Shown here: one piece after another, positions 52,258-64,000 of the stretch | How positions within the stretch are numbered: the first letter of the stretch is position 1 | How the letters are laid out: each line of letters opens with the position of its first letter | Source of the DNA: Oopsacas minuta | Taxonomy: Eukaryota > Animalia > Porifera | Reading direction: 5' to 3' | Length of the DNA stretch: 64,000 bases | Assembly (NCBI GenBank): GCA_024704765.1 | Contig: JAKMXF010000155.1 | Location: forward strand, 1 to 64,000 | Program-made: the position numbers and the translations under genes | Notes under the pieces: generated by a model | Seen by the model: only the letters and a program-made list of their open reading frames with translations | What the model was told of the DNA's origin: nothing | Database searches by the model: none

Positions 52258-53305
52258 TAATTCAAAAAGGTGTGAAAAATAATTAATTATGTGAAAATCA
52301 GCGAATTCGTTACTTTTGAGCAATGGAATCACAAAATCTGACTCTACGCATTCAATTACCCCTCAGAACATGTTGAGACCTAATCTCTAGGATTATGTTG
52401 AATTCTACATAGAAAGGTGTGAAATAAGATTAATAAACAAAAGATGAGATATATTTACTTCAAAAAATATTCATAGCAAAGGTGCAAATCTCTGGCACAA
52501 AATATATATAAGTGTACCATTTCATTCTAATCAGACTGCTAGATTTCGCATGGTCGTTCGGACTGACAGAAGTAGAGACATCTACATTATCCATCCCATT
52601 GGGGAATCTCCCTAAAGGGGATGCACTAAAAACGGAAACATTTTTGCATAGTCAATAATTCTAATAAATAATGGAAAATAGGTCGTTCCTAACAAAGCGA
52701 ATATGCGTCAAAGGGGAAAGGGGATATTTCGTTTCAGGAATATGACGGTAAAAACTAAACTGCCAAGTAATGGGCTATGATGCAAATGTTAGAAATATCA
52801 TCCAAACAAAGAAAAAACCCATAAATTGTTAATAAAACAATAATAATAGGAATCAGACTCAGAAAATACAATTGATAAAATGATTCGGGAAGCAGTAAGT
52901 CAAAACTACACAAGCTGACACAAATATTTGAAAGTGTTAATTTTAAATAGCCCCCCGACAATACAATTTCACTTGCATAATCCAATAACTTGATAAACCG
53001 ACGAAATTTTATGTCCTATGCGAGTGTCAGTTGATGCAGGTTCGACTATATAGTAATATTACTCACCAGGTAAAGCAATTAATGTAGATGGATCGAAAAG
53101 TGGAAAATTGTAGAGTTTATAGAAGGGACCAGGATTCCCTGAAGTAAAAGAAATTTTTGGCAGGAAAGAGATATCATGAGAAAAGAAAGGATAAAAGTTA
53201 AAATATGGCGAATTTTGGAACTGTCTATTCATAAATAAAAGATCAACCTAAAACAGAAAATTTTAGGAAATAGAAAAGCAAAGAATTCAATCAACAAAAT
53301 GTATA

Positions 53306-53491
53306 CAGTAGAACTCGGATAAGACGTACCCCTTCGGGAAACAGAAATTAGTACGTCTTAACCGAGTGTACGTCTTATCCGAATATGTTTGCATTACAAA
53401 TAGTAATGACTGATATTTTGGGATATAAGAAATAGTACGTCTTAACCGAGTGTACGTCTTAAGCCGAGTACGTCTTATCCGAGTTCTACTG
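53306..53491. mobile_element. pogo/Tigger-like MITE, young
   Basis: Perfect 24-bp TIRs CAGTAGAACTCGGATAAGACGTAC with TA flanks. The internal motif TAGTACGTCTTAACCGAGTGTACGTCTTA occurs twice. Confidence 0.9.
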
Positions 53492-54267
53492 TATGTATAT
53501 ATTTAGAAAAACACGCCAAATTGCAAATTGGAGAATGCAATGAATCTGTATGTACAATACTAGGAGGGCGTTCAATGAGTCTTACGGGTCATGTTATATC
53601 CCATGAATTAGTCAAGTAATATATCTTACTTTCAGATATTATGAGCCCATATAGTTAAACTCCATATACTGAAAGTTTCAAGCATATTCAATACAAATTA
53701 TGACGTTTTGAGATAATCACGCGTAGTCAATTCATACCTACTGTTCAATTTATGGCTTCAAAGGATAAGAATTTAAACCTCAAATAGCGAGCACATATAG
53801 AGTTTCGCACAAAACTCAAGATTCAGCCCATATAGATCTTCAGCGAGCTACAGGAGATATTGTCTGTGGATTACCATTCCAGATCTACTGTCGAGTGATG
53901 GGCTGTCCGTTTTAGATCTGGTGATGCTGATGTCACAGATTTGCCTCGATCTGGAAGGCCGGTATCGCCACCATTTCAGAAAATATCATACTGATTGAAA
54001 ATACGGTCATGGAAGACAAGTCCATTACTGTCTATCAGTAAGAACAAAGAATGGAGATTTCATCGGAGCTATTCATACAATTCTGACGACGAGCTTGGCT
54101 ACCTATTGATTAGTGGGAAATGGGTCCTTCATAAGCTCAGAGAGAATCAAAGGTTGGCACGACTGAATATTGCCAAGAAACTCTTAGAAACTTGAGAACT
54201 GCGATTCTAGACGCCTAGCCGAGATTATTACTGGTGACGACACGTGAGTACTATTCAACACCATATA

Positions 54268-56915
54268 CAGTCTGTTACATAATTATTTAGAATGGAGATG
54301 TTTTGTTACAAAACCTCGGTCCTTTGTCTTACTTCACTCAGGCTCTTGTGTTTCGCTGTCCATAATGGCTTAATGATGTATTTTGCTGAAATTCCCTGAA
54401 CCAAGTCATTATCTTATTTTTTCCGGAAATTTACTCGTAAATATTAATTATGACTTCATGTAAAAATTCATTTTGACCTCCATCACTATTATTTACCTTA
54501 ATCGTTTCCCCTACTTGACAATCAGCTCTGAAAATGACTCAATACGAGGGTCAGTCCAAAAGTTTTGTCGTACACAAAAAATATAATAACAAATTAAATC
54601 AAACTTTCACAGTTTCTCAAAGTAACGACCACAACAATCTATGCAAAGTTGCATACGATGAAACCAACTGTCGAAACAACTATGCCATTTTTCCTCTGGC
54701 AGGCTCCAAAGAGCCTCTTCAAATGCCAAACGAGCCTCTTCAGGACTCTCAAACCTTATTCCACAGATCTTTTCCTTGATTGTAGGGAATAATAAAAACT
54801 CGCATGGAGCTAAATCTGGACTGTAAGGTGGATGCGATACCAACTGGACCGAATTTTCAGCCAGGAAGTCCAATGTTTTGGCTGCTGTGTGTGCAGATGC
54901 ATTATCGTGGTGAAGGAGAAGTCCTCTGATACCGGTCTTAGGGCAACGAGAACTCCAAGCTTCGAAAGCCTTGGGCAGGCAATTGTTAATGTATCAATCA
55001 GCATTGACGGTACGATGATCCTCGAGAGGAATTATTGCTACTGGGCTAGTCTTACAGAAAAAGCAGCCACCATCTTCTTCCCAACGATACGAGCCCGACG
55101 AACTTTAACAGGGGGATCTTCGCCAGGAAACACCCAGATTGAAGACTGCCGCTTTGTTTCCGGATCGTACTGACAGATCCATGTCTCATCACATGTTAGT
55201 ATGTCCTAAACTCGTTTAGACTCTGCTCCTTTAAATTTCTTGAGCATAAACTTGCACCATTCTACCCTTACCTCTAATTGCATTTCAGAGAGATTATGAG
55301 GGATCCATCGGGCCGCAAGCCTTCTGACACCAAGATAATCATGTAGAATAGTATTGATGGCTGCTTTCCCGATCTTTAGGGTCTTAGCAAACTGTTCATA
55401 GTTAATGCGGCTATCCTCTCTGATTAATGTCTTGGCAGCAGCAATAGTCCCTGGAGTGACGGCGGTTGAAGGTCACCCAGACCTAGCCTCATCTTGTAAT
55501 GACATTCTCTCCCTCCTGAAATCTAGATACCAACGCTCCACTGTACGTTTAGATGGAGCTTGATCTTGGAAATCTTCCACCAAGTTATCATGACTCTGCT
55601 CCACTGATATCTTACGCATAAAGTCATAAAACATCATGGCTCAAAAATCCCTTCTTTCCAGTTCCATTCAGCAATAATAAAATCTGTATAAAGGGTTATG
55701 GAAAAAATAGCGCTACTCAGGAAATAAGTGTTGAATATAGCTCAAATTAATAGTAGAGTCATTATATATATCTAAATATACAGTGTTGTATTTATTTGAT
55801 TGAAGACAAAATAAAACCTTTGTACGACAAAACTTTTGGACTGACACTCGCACGAGAAGAGGGAAATTGTGAAGACACTTCTCCAATCCGGGAAGCTTTT
55901 GCCCAAGGAAATCTCTGTTAAGTGGCATTTCCTTAGCTATATTTTACAATGTTAAATGCCGATTAGATGAAGGTGTACCGCTATTTCACCAAAGGGGCGC
56001 AGGGAGACCCAATAACTTGCGATCTTCCACTAAATTGTCCATTCTTCACCGCGTACGATGTAAACCATACCTCTCTTTGCGAACATTAGCAAATGGTACA
56101 GGTAATAAAGCTTCCTATCAGACTGTCCGGAGAGTGTTGAAAGACAAATCTTACAACAAACCTTACTCTGTTCAGATCCCTATGCTGAGTGAAAAAACAT
56201 CGCATGTACAGGATAGAACGGGCGAGAAAGCACAAATACTAGAAGAAACAATGGGCCCAAACAATATTTCTTGACGATATGTCAATCTGGCTCTCAAAGG
56301 GAAGAGGATGTGAACAAAATCCAACAAAAAAAGGATCGCCCCTATAACGAAGCATGTCCCAAAGATACACGGTGTGGGTTGCATTCTCATCTATGAATAC
56401 ATTCCCATTGTGTGTTTTCACTAACAATATGAAGAGTGGGATGTTTTTAGATATAATGGAAGGATACTTGATAACTCAAGCACAGGTATATCATGAAAGT
56501 CACTGGCAATTGGTGATGGATAATGATCCAAAACCCACCTCGCAAATGGTCCACACCTGGTTGGCACAAAATGTACCAAATCAGATTCCGTGGCCTTCAC
56601 AAAGTCCAGATCTTAACCCCAATGAAAGTTATTCGCATGGGTGAAGCGAACGATACTTAAGCTAGGCCCAAGGACAATTCCAGAACTGAAACTCAATTTA
56701 GAAGCAGTCTGAAAACGTATTCACCAGATTTTCTTAAAGCTTACTGGGAAATCAATGCCCAGAAGATGCCAACTAGTAGTAGAGGGCAACGGGTATCCTA
56801 TTAATTATTAAGATCTATTACCTCACTCTCAATTAGGGTATATATGGCAATGTATACTGTAACTCTAATAATTTTCGGCTTAAGTAACAATTCTAAATAA
56901 ATATGTAACAGGCTG
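54268..56915 (+). mobile_element. Tc1 (DD34E) element inserted in mariner A copy 4, itself split by mariner B
   Basis: ~26-bp TIRs CAG(T/C)CTGTTACATA(A/T)TTATTTAGAAT; TA at 54266-54267 and 56916-56917. The transposase starts at ATG 54534 and resumes at ~55853; MDNDPK...SPDLNPNE spacing is 34. Confidence 0.9.
54545..55850 (-). mobile_element. Mariner element, family B, full length, defective
   Basis: 30-bp TIRs CGAG(G/T)GTCAGTCCAAAAGTTTTGTCGTACA with 1 mismatch. TA at 54543-54544; the right TSD reads CA. Motifs CDETW, HHDNASAH and YSPDLAPCE. Confidence 0.92.
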
Positions 56916-58244
56916 TAGCAAGTAAAAGAAGCGATAATGAGTGAGAGACGACGAACAGCTGGCGATAATTCCTAGGCCCGACTTTAGAAACCTAAGAGTA
57001 TGTATACCATCTTATTCAATAGTCATGGAATTGTCTTGCGATTACCTTGTGAGGGTGGCAAGGCTGTTACTGCTACTTTCTTTATAGAGCAAGTGCTTCC
57101 AAACTTGATAAAAGACATAGAAAAGTATTGCCCGAAAACTGGAACTAGAGGAATGAAGATTTAAATTTATAACGCCAGTTCCCATACAGCTTAGCTAACC
57201 AAAGATTCTTCGATTTAGAAGGGTTAGTATTACTTCCCCATCTACCATACTCACCAGACCCAGTTCATTGTGATTTTTGCTATTTCCCAAGCTTAAAATC
57301 TACCTTTAATGCAAGATATTAATACATTGTAATCACTCGGACGACCCTGTACCAGTACTTCAAATCCATCCCGAAGAAGAGTACAGAAATGTGTTTTTAC
57401 GAGTGGATGGATAGGTTAATACTTTGTGTATCTGCAGGAGGGGATTACTTTGAATAAATAATGTAGTGAATTAGTGTGTATAGTGTTTGTTCCCTGTTCT
57501 ATGATATCACCCGCAGGACATATTGAACCCCCTAGTATATATATATATGTATGCACAGAAATGTTTGTACATCGAGAATTTATTGAAGAAACTGGAGGTA
57601 CCACAGGGCTAATTTTTGCATACGCTGATGTTTTGAGCCTGGCATGGACAATTTCGAGTCCTGGACAAAATTCACACCTATGAGGAAATTATGCCATTAT
57701 TGTCACATTTCTTGATTCTCGAAAAATCACATTATTCAGCACTGCTAAACAAATATACATGATAGAAGTTTGATTAATAGTGAAGCTAACTTGGAGCACT
57801 AAGATGTCGCGCAGCGACCCTGGAAGTGCAATTCGCTAGTACTAATAGTAATGTAAGAGTTTAGCCAATAAATCAACCATATATAATGCAACTTTGGTGC
57901 ATATAAATTGTTGAATTATCAACAAACTGTTTCAATGTATACGCTGGAAGGAAATTGTAAATCGTGATTGCGGCTGAATTAAATAAACAACACGGGGAAA
58001 ATAGTTTTGAATTAACGTTATAAGACTATAAAAAGTATTTAAGAATTGTTTCTCACTATTCTATTCTGAGACGGAATCTTAATGCATTCATCGCTTTAGC
58101 AAATCGTTCTACTATTCTTGTAACTGGACACAAATAAAAATTACAATCTGTACCGACATCGGGCAACCTAGTCTATTAATTAAATATATTTAAAGTGCGA
58201 CTAAAAAGCCACTGCGTAGGTCAAAGTCGATCATACACAGTGAA

Positions 58245-59129
58245 GGAACAAAGGTGTTCGACTACACAAATATATTGTGATAAATTGTATACTTTCCCGC
58301 GCATATATATTGTGCAGTCTATATACGTAGCTGCAATCTAGTAATTTGCATAGACTAACATGTGTTTTTCAAGAATCTCAAAAAATATTTTCGATTTACA
58401 CTTTGTGAAGGTGTTAATTATTAATAATTATTAGACAATTATTGATAATCAAAACATGTGGTAATTCAAAATCTATTAAGAATCTATAATTTCTGACTTG
58501 ATATTTGAATTCTACGTAGGCGAGTTACTCCAGATGGAATTTCCAATGGGATTGAACAATTTTTACCAAAGTTATAGAAGAATTTCAATTTGTGCCACTT
58601 GTTGCAAAAAGTGGTACATGTGGCAGAAATCAGCGCCACTACAAGGAAATCAACTAGGGTTAGGAGGAATAAGTTATAGTGATGTTTTCGAATGATATGA
58701 CTATGCTAACCCTTGAATTAAAACGAACTTCTTGGTAGCAGCCACCTGTGCCACCTTGGGCAAAAGGTGGCAAAAATGGCACAAATTAAAATTCTTCTAT
58801 AACTTTGGTAAACTTGTTCAATCTCATTGAAAACTTTAATCTGGGTAACTCGTCTACGTAGAATTCAAATATCATTTCAGAAATTATGGATACTTAATAG
58901 GCTTTGAATTACCACATATTCTGACTATCAATAATTATCTAATCATTATTAATAATTAACACCTTCAAAAGTGTAAATCGAAAATATGTTTGTGAAATTC
59001 TTAAAAACAGACGTTATTCTAAGCAAATTACTAGATTGCAGTCACGAATATAGATTACATAATATATAGGAGCGAGGAAGAGTATACAATTTATGACAAT
59101 ATGTCAGAGTAGTCGAATACTTTTGTCCC
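58245..59129. repeat. Long foldback element (~380-bp arms, ~115-bp spacer), non-coding
   Basis: 58245-~58625 aligns along its length with the reverse complement of ~58742-59129. Flanks TGAA and TTGA could be decayed TTAA TSDs. Confidence 0.85.
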
Positions 59130-60279
59130 TTGAGAGATGTACAAATATGGCTCAAAAGGTCAAGGTATTAATATACACAACACATCAAAGTGAATAATTA
59201 ATGTTTGTCAATGTGATATCAATTATAGATTATCGAGTTGGATGGTTATCCCCCACCAAAATTCCTGGATTCGCCACTACATACGCTCCTAAATCCTAAA
59301 TTGTTCGCAATCCTCAGGTTAAGCCCTCTTTGAACATTCCAAACGTTTGAATAAATAAGTTCGTTTAAAATTATTCAGTGTAAGTTTTTCATGGAACGCG
59401 TGCACACATTGTCGATGCACAGACACAAATAGATACGAAAGAATTACGGGCAAATTTGAATCTATTCCTCCCCTTCTTGCTATTGAAATTTGACATATGA
59501 ATTTACTTAGTGAGGACAAGAACCCTAGTGGAGATAACGAACCTAGTTAGACCATTGCATTTAGTACACCTAAAGATGAATTCCCAAGTAACTAAGTACG
59601 CTGAATCCGATGTTCACATTTTCAAGTTTCTCATATGTAATTTTATTGTCGTTTTGATGAATATAAAGTGAACAAATTAGCAAATCAGAAATTTAGGTAG
59701 ATCCTTGCTCTCAAAGCTACAAAGGGGTTGATCCTACGAAATAATTCAATAATTTATATGTCATATACATATATTAGTGAATAATTTTGTTCGAAATATA
59801 TCTATATTATAATACTCAGAGGGCCCGTCAATTTGGAGAATAATGGATACCTCGAGGCGCAATGGACCGAGTTCATTAAAAGGCTCGGCGCTTAAAATCT
59901 TAACTACTCTGTGTATTCGAGTCACGCAGTCCAGAGTAAAATTTTTCCCGTAGAGACCAAGAATACTGACAAATTTGGCTGTTTTATACTTCAGCCAACC
60001 AGATGCACTGAGCTGGCTAGTAGCAAATTAAATAGCTAATGATCTCATAAATTCTCGAATATTTCAAGCACGATTTTCAATTGAGATGGAGCAATCCCAA
60101 TACCATTTCTGGATTCTATAGGTTTCAAATTTTCGGAAGGCTACGAACAAATGTAGCTAAATTAGTTACAATTTCTTTCTGCCAAATGTGTCATAATTGG
60201 CAAAAGATCAAATATGCATGCGCCAATTCATTGAAAATCACAAATCTTGCAATATTGAGTGTATTTGCAGCTAAGAAAT

Positions 60280-63200
60280 AATTCTAACTACGGTTGGCAA
60301 GCCTTAAACAATTTTCACATTAGATTTTGTTGTGGTCACAATATTCTATTCTTGTGCCACAAATGAATGCTTAGAATTTGTTTACACATTTTTTGCATAT
60401 CTTTCAAATAGCGAGAAAAATAATCTTGCCTTGGCAACGTGAATTATATATATAAATTCTTCTTGTACCTCATCCAGATCATTTGGAATACAATCTTGCA
60501 TTTTGGCAACAAAAGGATTTCTCGCTAAATTTAAATCGGATTTGCTAATATTCAGAAATATCTTGAGAATTCCTCACTCAAGACAATGAATTGTAGTATA
60601 ATTGTGCATTAGGGTGTCCCAAAAAATTGAATTTTTGTGAGGTTTATGGGGAGCCCTAAGAAGTTTCTATATATCATAAAATGATTGTGGAAAAAATTTC
60701 AGGTATTTATGAAGTGATTTAGGGGTCCCTCAATGGCTTTATAAATTATATTTTTACAGCTGTTTTTTAACAATTCCAAATTTTAGTTTTTTGCTAGAAA
60801 CATAGTTTAAAGTGCTAACTTGGGTTAATCGACGATGCAGATTTCAGATTCCCCATCAGAAATTTGTTATCTCTACAATTTATATATTTTTTCAAAAAGC
60901 AAAATATTTTTGTAATTCATTGTATATTATTAATAGATTAAATGAAACTTAGCTCAGACATAGTTGGAGTAGTCCTGAAGTGTTTTCGATGCTGCTCTAC
61001 CACTTGTAGTAGTTATTGCTTTGGACCTCGTCTTTTGAACTTCTGTTGAACTGTTGAATCAGCTGGATCCCACGTTCAGCAACATCGTTACACAAGCCAA
61101 ATGCCTAGCAAACCGTTGACCCTCTATGTAGCTTAGATCCTAGCTCCAAGTATTAACAGGTTTTTTGAGGAACGATGAGTCTAATCTTGATGTCCCAAAA
61201 ATGACAGTGATGCATGAAGTTCATTAGGAGAGCCCGGTAGCTTAGTTAACAGATGTCTGCCTCGATCTTGCTAAATACCTGCAACAAGCTGAACTTTAAC
61301 CTCGTCATGTAGATGGTTGAGAATAGCGCTAGCGAAGCCAATTCCGGAGAAAGGCACCAAGAGTGTCTGACCATCATCCACAAACCAACACGACTCAACT
61401 CCACGTCGCCGTATTCCTATAAACGATGAATCAGCGCTATATCGTTGATTGCGACATCAATAGCGAGGCTGCACGAGTACCACGACTGGATGTATACTAG
61501 GATAACAAATCGGTTGATTGATTGAAGACCTTGTAATTGCCGTCCGGTGAGATGCAATGCTTCCTCGTTTCTCCGAAAGAGAAGCTCAATTTTCAACGCG
61601 TAGGTAGCTTTTTCCATCCAACGTGCTCTGTTCAGAGCTCCAACCCGTCGTAGAGATGAAACAACTGGTAGGCCAACCATATTAGCAGCAAGATGGATTA
61701 ACTCAAGATAGTCCTCCCTTCGATGTTTGGCATCCATCGTGGTCCGAAGAAACTGCAAAACATCTGTTGGAGCATCTACGAGAGGAATTGTATCTTGGGG
61801 TTGATGGTGTAATTTCAGCCATGTAGATCGAAAGTGCTTGAAAAATAGAATGTCTGGTCCAGATGATAGGCCCATACACGTTGTAAACACGTCCGATAGA
61901 AGCACTTCGAAGATGTGGTGCCAACAAGCAAGCCAGAGTAGAGACTGTTCAAGCAAATTTTCCAGGTGTACACAAGCGCCATAATATTGACCTGAATTTG
62001 ATACTGTTGTATCATAACAGGCACCAACTGTATCTGTTTCTATATCCCACGACTCAAGAAGTCCTTTAACAGCGTCGGTAGTATATTTTCCAGTTCCTGA
62101 CAAGCGCTTAGGGGCTCCAAGTAACTTGATAGAACTATCTTCAGAACTGGTTAGGAGGACAGCTATTCGATCACCAAGTGGGATACTCTTATCTGTATCT
62201 GGTAAGAGTTTGCCATCCCAATGCACAACAGATTTCGTGGAGGAGAATGCCTGACGGGCCTCCTGGGCTTATTTCTTCCATTGCTTCTGGCTTTGACGGT
62301 GAATAGTGCTTTTTGAGAGTGAAACAGTACTTGAAGGGACACCAGCCGTGTTCAAGAGAGATGCAGCAATCATTGATGCCTTGTGTACACTGGTGTTTGT
62401 TCTGTCAAGAACAGCATTAACTTCGGACTGATGATTCGCTGCTTCTTGACTCCAGTCGAATTGTATGTGAATGTCCCATCATCACTCGTGTCTTCATAAG
62501 TAGTCTCGTCGGGCTCTGAATCAATTTCTTGGCTGGTGAACTGCGATTTTGGTGCAGAGGATTGTACAGTTCAAGATGCGCGCGTCTTTTGGCCGACAAC
62601 CCTTCTAGCGTTGCTAGCGAGGAATCTATCCCCCGATACTTCCAGAACGATCCATGCGCTGCTGAGCGAGGAATTGTCTGTCCTCTTCAAACTGAATTAA
62701 ACAGTTTGCGTGAGCTGAGCTATGTCAAACAATTTATCTAGTTTGATTGAGTACTCTTCCTGGTTTGGAATGTCTGACAGATTGCTACGCTGCATGTTTT
62801 TCGAAAGCTGTTGTTGTTGCTTGTAGAGTTTCTCTATTTTATCGATGATATCTCTCTTAGATTTCACTGGAATCCTGCACTGGTGCCATATCTTAATTAA
62901 TTCGTCATAGGTTGTATGTGCGCTTTCCCGTCTTGTGCACTTACTTTCGCGATGTTTGATAAAAAAGCGCATAACATCAAGTCCACTAGGCAACTTTGCA
63001 CCAATTATTTTGTCAGCGGGGAATCCGATCAACCAAATGTGTTGAGAACTGCGAGTTTTTGCTGCCATATTGTCAATTTATTAAACATTTCAAACAAAAG
63101 TCAGAATTTATACTAGTCCCGGAATATGGAGCAAACCCTACTATTGAACACAATAATTCCTTAGTAATTTAATCTTATTTACGACGGAAATATGACTCAA

Positions 63201-64000
63201 TTACAAACCAGAATCTATTCTTTAGTTATTTTAGGAAGTAATCAATAGAAACTTGAAACTTGACGAACAGTAACAAATGAATCATAAAATTCAATAATTC
63301 AAATCCGAAAGTATACAAGATAACAAATTTATGATGCTAAATCTGAAATCTGCATCGTTGATTCACCCAAGTTAGCATTTTAAAGAAAGTTTCTAGGAAA
63401 AATGAAATTTTGGAATAGTTAAAAAACAGGTGTAAAAATTAATTTACAAAGCCATTGAGGACCCCCAAATCACTTCATAAATACCTGAAATTTTTCCACA
63501 ATCATTTTATGACATATAGAAACCTCTTAGGGGGTCCCCCATAAACCTTACAAAAATTCTATTTTTTTGGGACACTCTATTGTGTATCTCAACTATTCTG
63601 TTACCTCATAATCATGCATTTCAATAAATTTTAAATTGTAGGAAATCTACCCATTCTACAAGTCTCGTTTTTCCTATTCATATGTCAAGCATACTTAGGA
63701 AACAAATCAACATGTCTGTAAATCCATTAAATAACATTCCTTTCGTTGTAATGAGAGGTTGAGACTGTTTGGCATTCCGAAATACCAGTGAGGTATGACA
63801 GATTCAGAAGCCAAGAATTATCATCCATAACTGTTACTCAATCACCCTCAACCTGCAATCTGAACTTGACATATAAATCTAGAAGAAGCCTAAGAACATT
63901 TCCTATCGTCAACTAACAACGTATAAGCAAAAGCGTGTTGTATTATATATATTTAGAATGTTGGAGTATTCACAGCATTTGATTAAATATAGCCGAACAT
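60280..64000 (-). mobile_element. Buster/Charlie-type hAT transposase remnant, split by the hATm element
   Basis: Right of the insertion: SWLLNLSYL...SLNLSLQ. Left of it: LSEEFSRYF...LARNPF...QEEF. These are consecutive motifs of Buster-type transposases. Outer boundaries are approximate. Confidence 0.6.
60610..63579 (-). mobile_element. hATm-type transposon, full length (2970 bp), long TIRs, defective
   Basis: Termini TAG(G/A)GTGTCCC, ~250-bp imperfect TIRs, and an 8-bp TSD TTGTGCAT (60602-60609) / TTGTGTAT (63580-63587). Transposase fragments IIGAKLPSGLDVMRF, HWDGKLL, YDTTVSNSG..GAC, WLACWHH.FE and RW; several frameshifts. Confidence 0.88.

Larger units (their letters stand above)
53560..57535 (+). 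mobile_element. Mariner family A copy 4 (oldest), split by a nested Tc1
   Basis: 5' half 53560-54267 and 3' half 56916-57535 are both homologous to copies 1-3 in reverse orientation. The right TIR ...CATATTGAACCCCCTAG is followed by TA at 57536-57537. Confidence 0.88.

Noticed and set aside
52755-52985. Hydrophobic 76-aa ORF suggesting a membrane protein
   Set aside because: T-rich strands produce F/L/I-rich ORFs by chance; no motif recognised.
53341-53491. Repeated TAGTACGTCTTAACCGAG motif resembling CRISPR repeats
   Set aside because: Only two full copies, inside a TIR/TA-bounded MITE, with no regular spacers and no cas genes, in a eukaryotic context.
54607-54873. Mariner B shows YSPDLAPCE, an apparent DD34E triad in a mariner backbone
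   Set aside because: One base change (GAC to GAG) in a frameshifted dead copy explains it; it is not evidence of a new family unless the consensus has it.

Overview
This is not a prokaryotic window. It is AT-rich eukaryotic DNA, most likely from an invertebrate animal (species not determinable from the sequence), and it is a dense graveyard of transposable elements. I delimited 11 Tc1/mariner-type elements or remnants: four copies of one DD34D mariner family, three other mariners, three DD37D maT-like elements, one DD37E and one DD34E Tc1. Most have TIRs and TA target-site duplications (TSDs) visible. Also present are a full-length Chapaev3-type element plus the end of a second copy, a hATm-type element with ~250-bp TIRs nested in a Buster-type hAT remnant, and two P-element transposase remnants. 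There are also Helitron, MULE, Ginger2/KRBA2-like, RAG1-like and possibly Academ-like remnants, two pieces of one LINE, several pogo-like MITEs and long foldbacks. Every transposase ORF I could read is broken by stops or frameshifts. The only convincing host-gene signal is a divergent SIN3-like HDAC-interaction region at ~21.2-22.1 kb; a UBR-box-like remnant at ~1.5-2.1 kb is much weaker. I found no rRNA, tRNA, CRISPR array, operon or intact novel multi-gene system. The best leads are structural: a three-level nested insertion, a defective mariner subfamily that spread while sharing its lesions, and an inverted DNA-level duplication of a dead LINE piece. Family names come from motif recognition, not database searches, and identities were estimated by eye.
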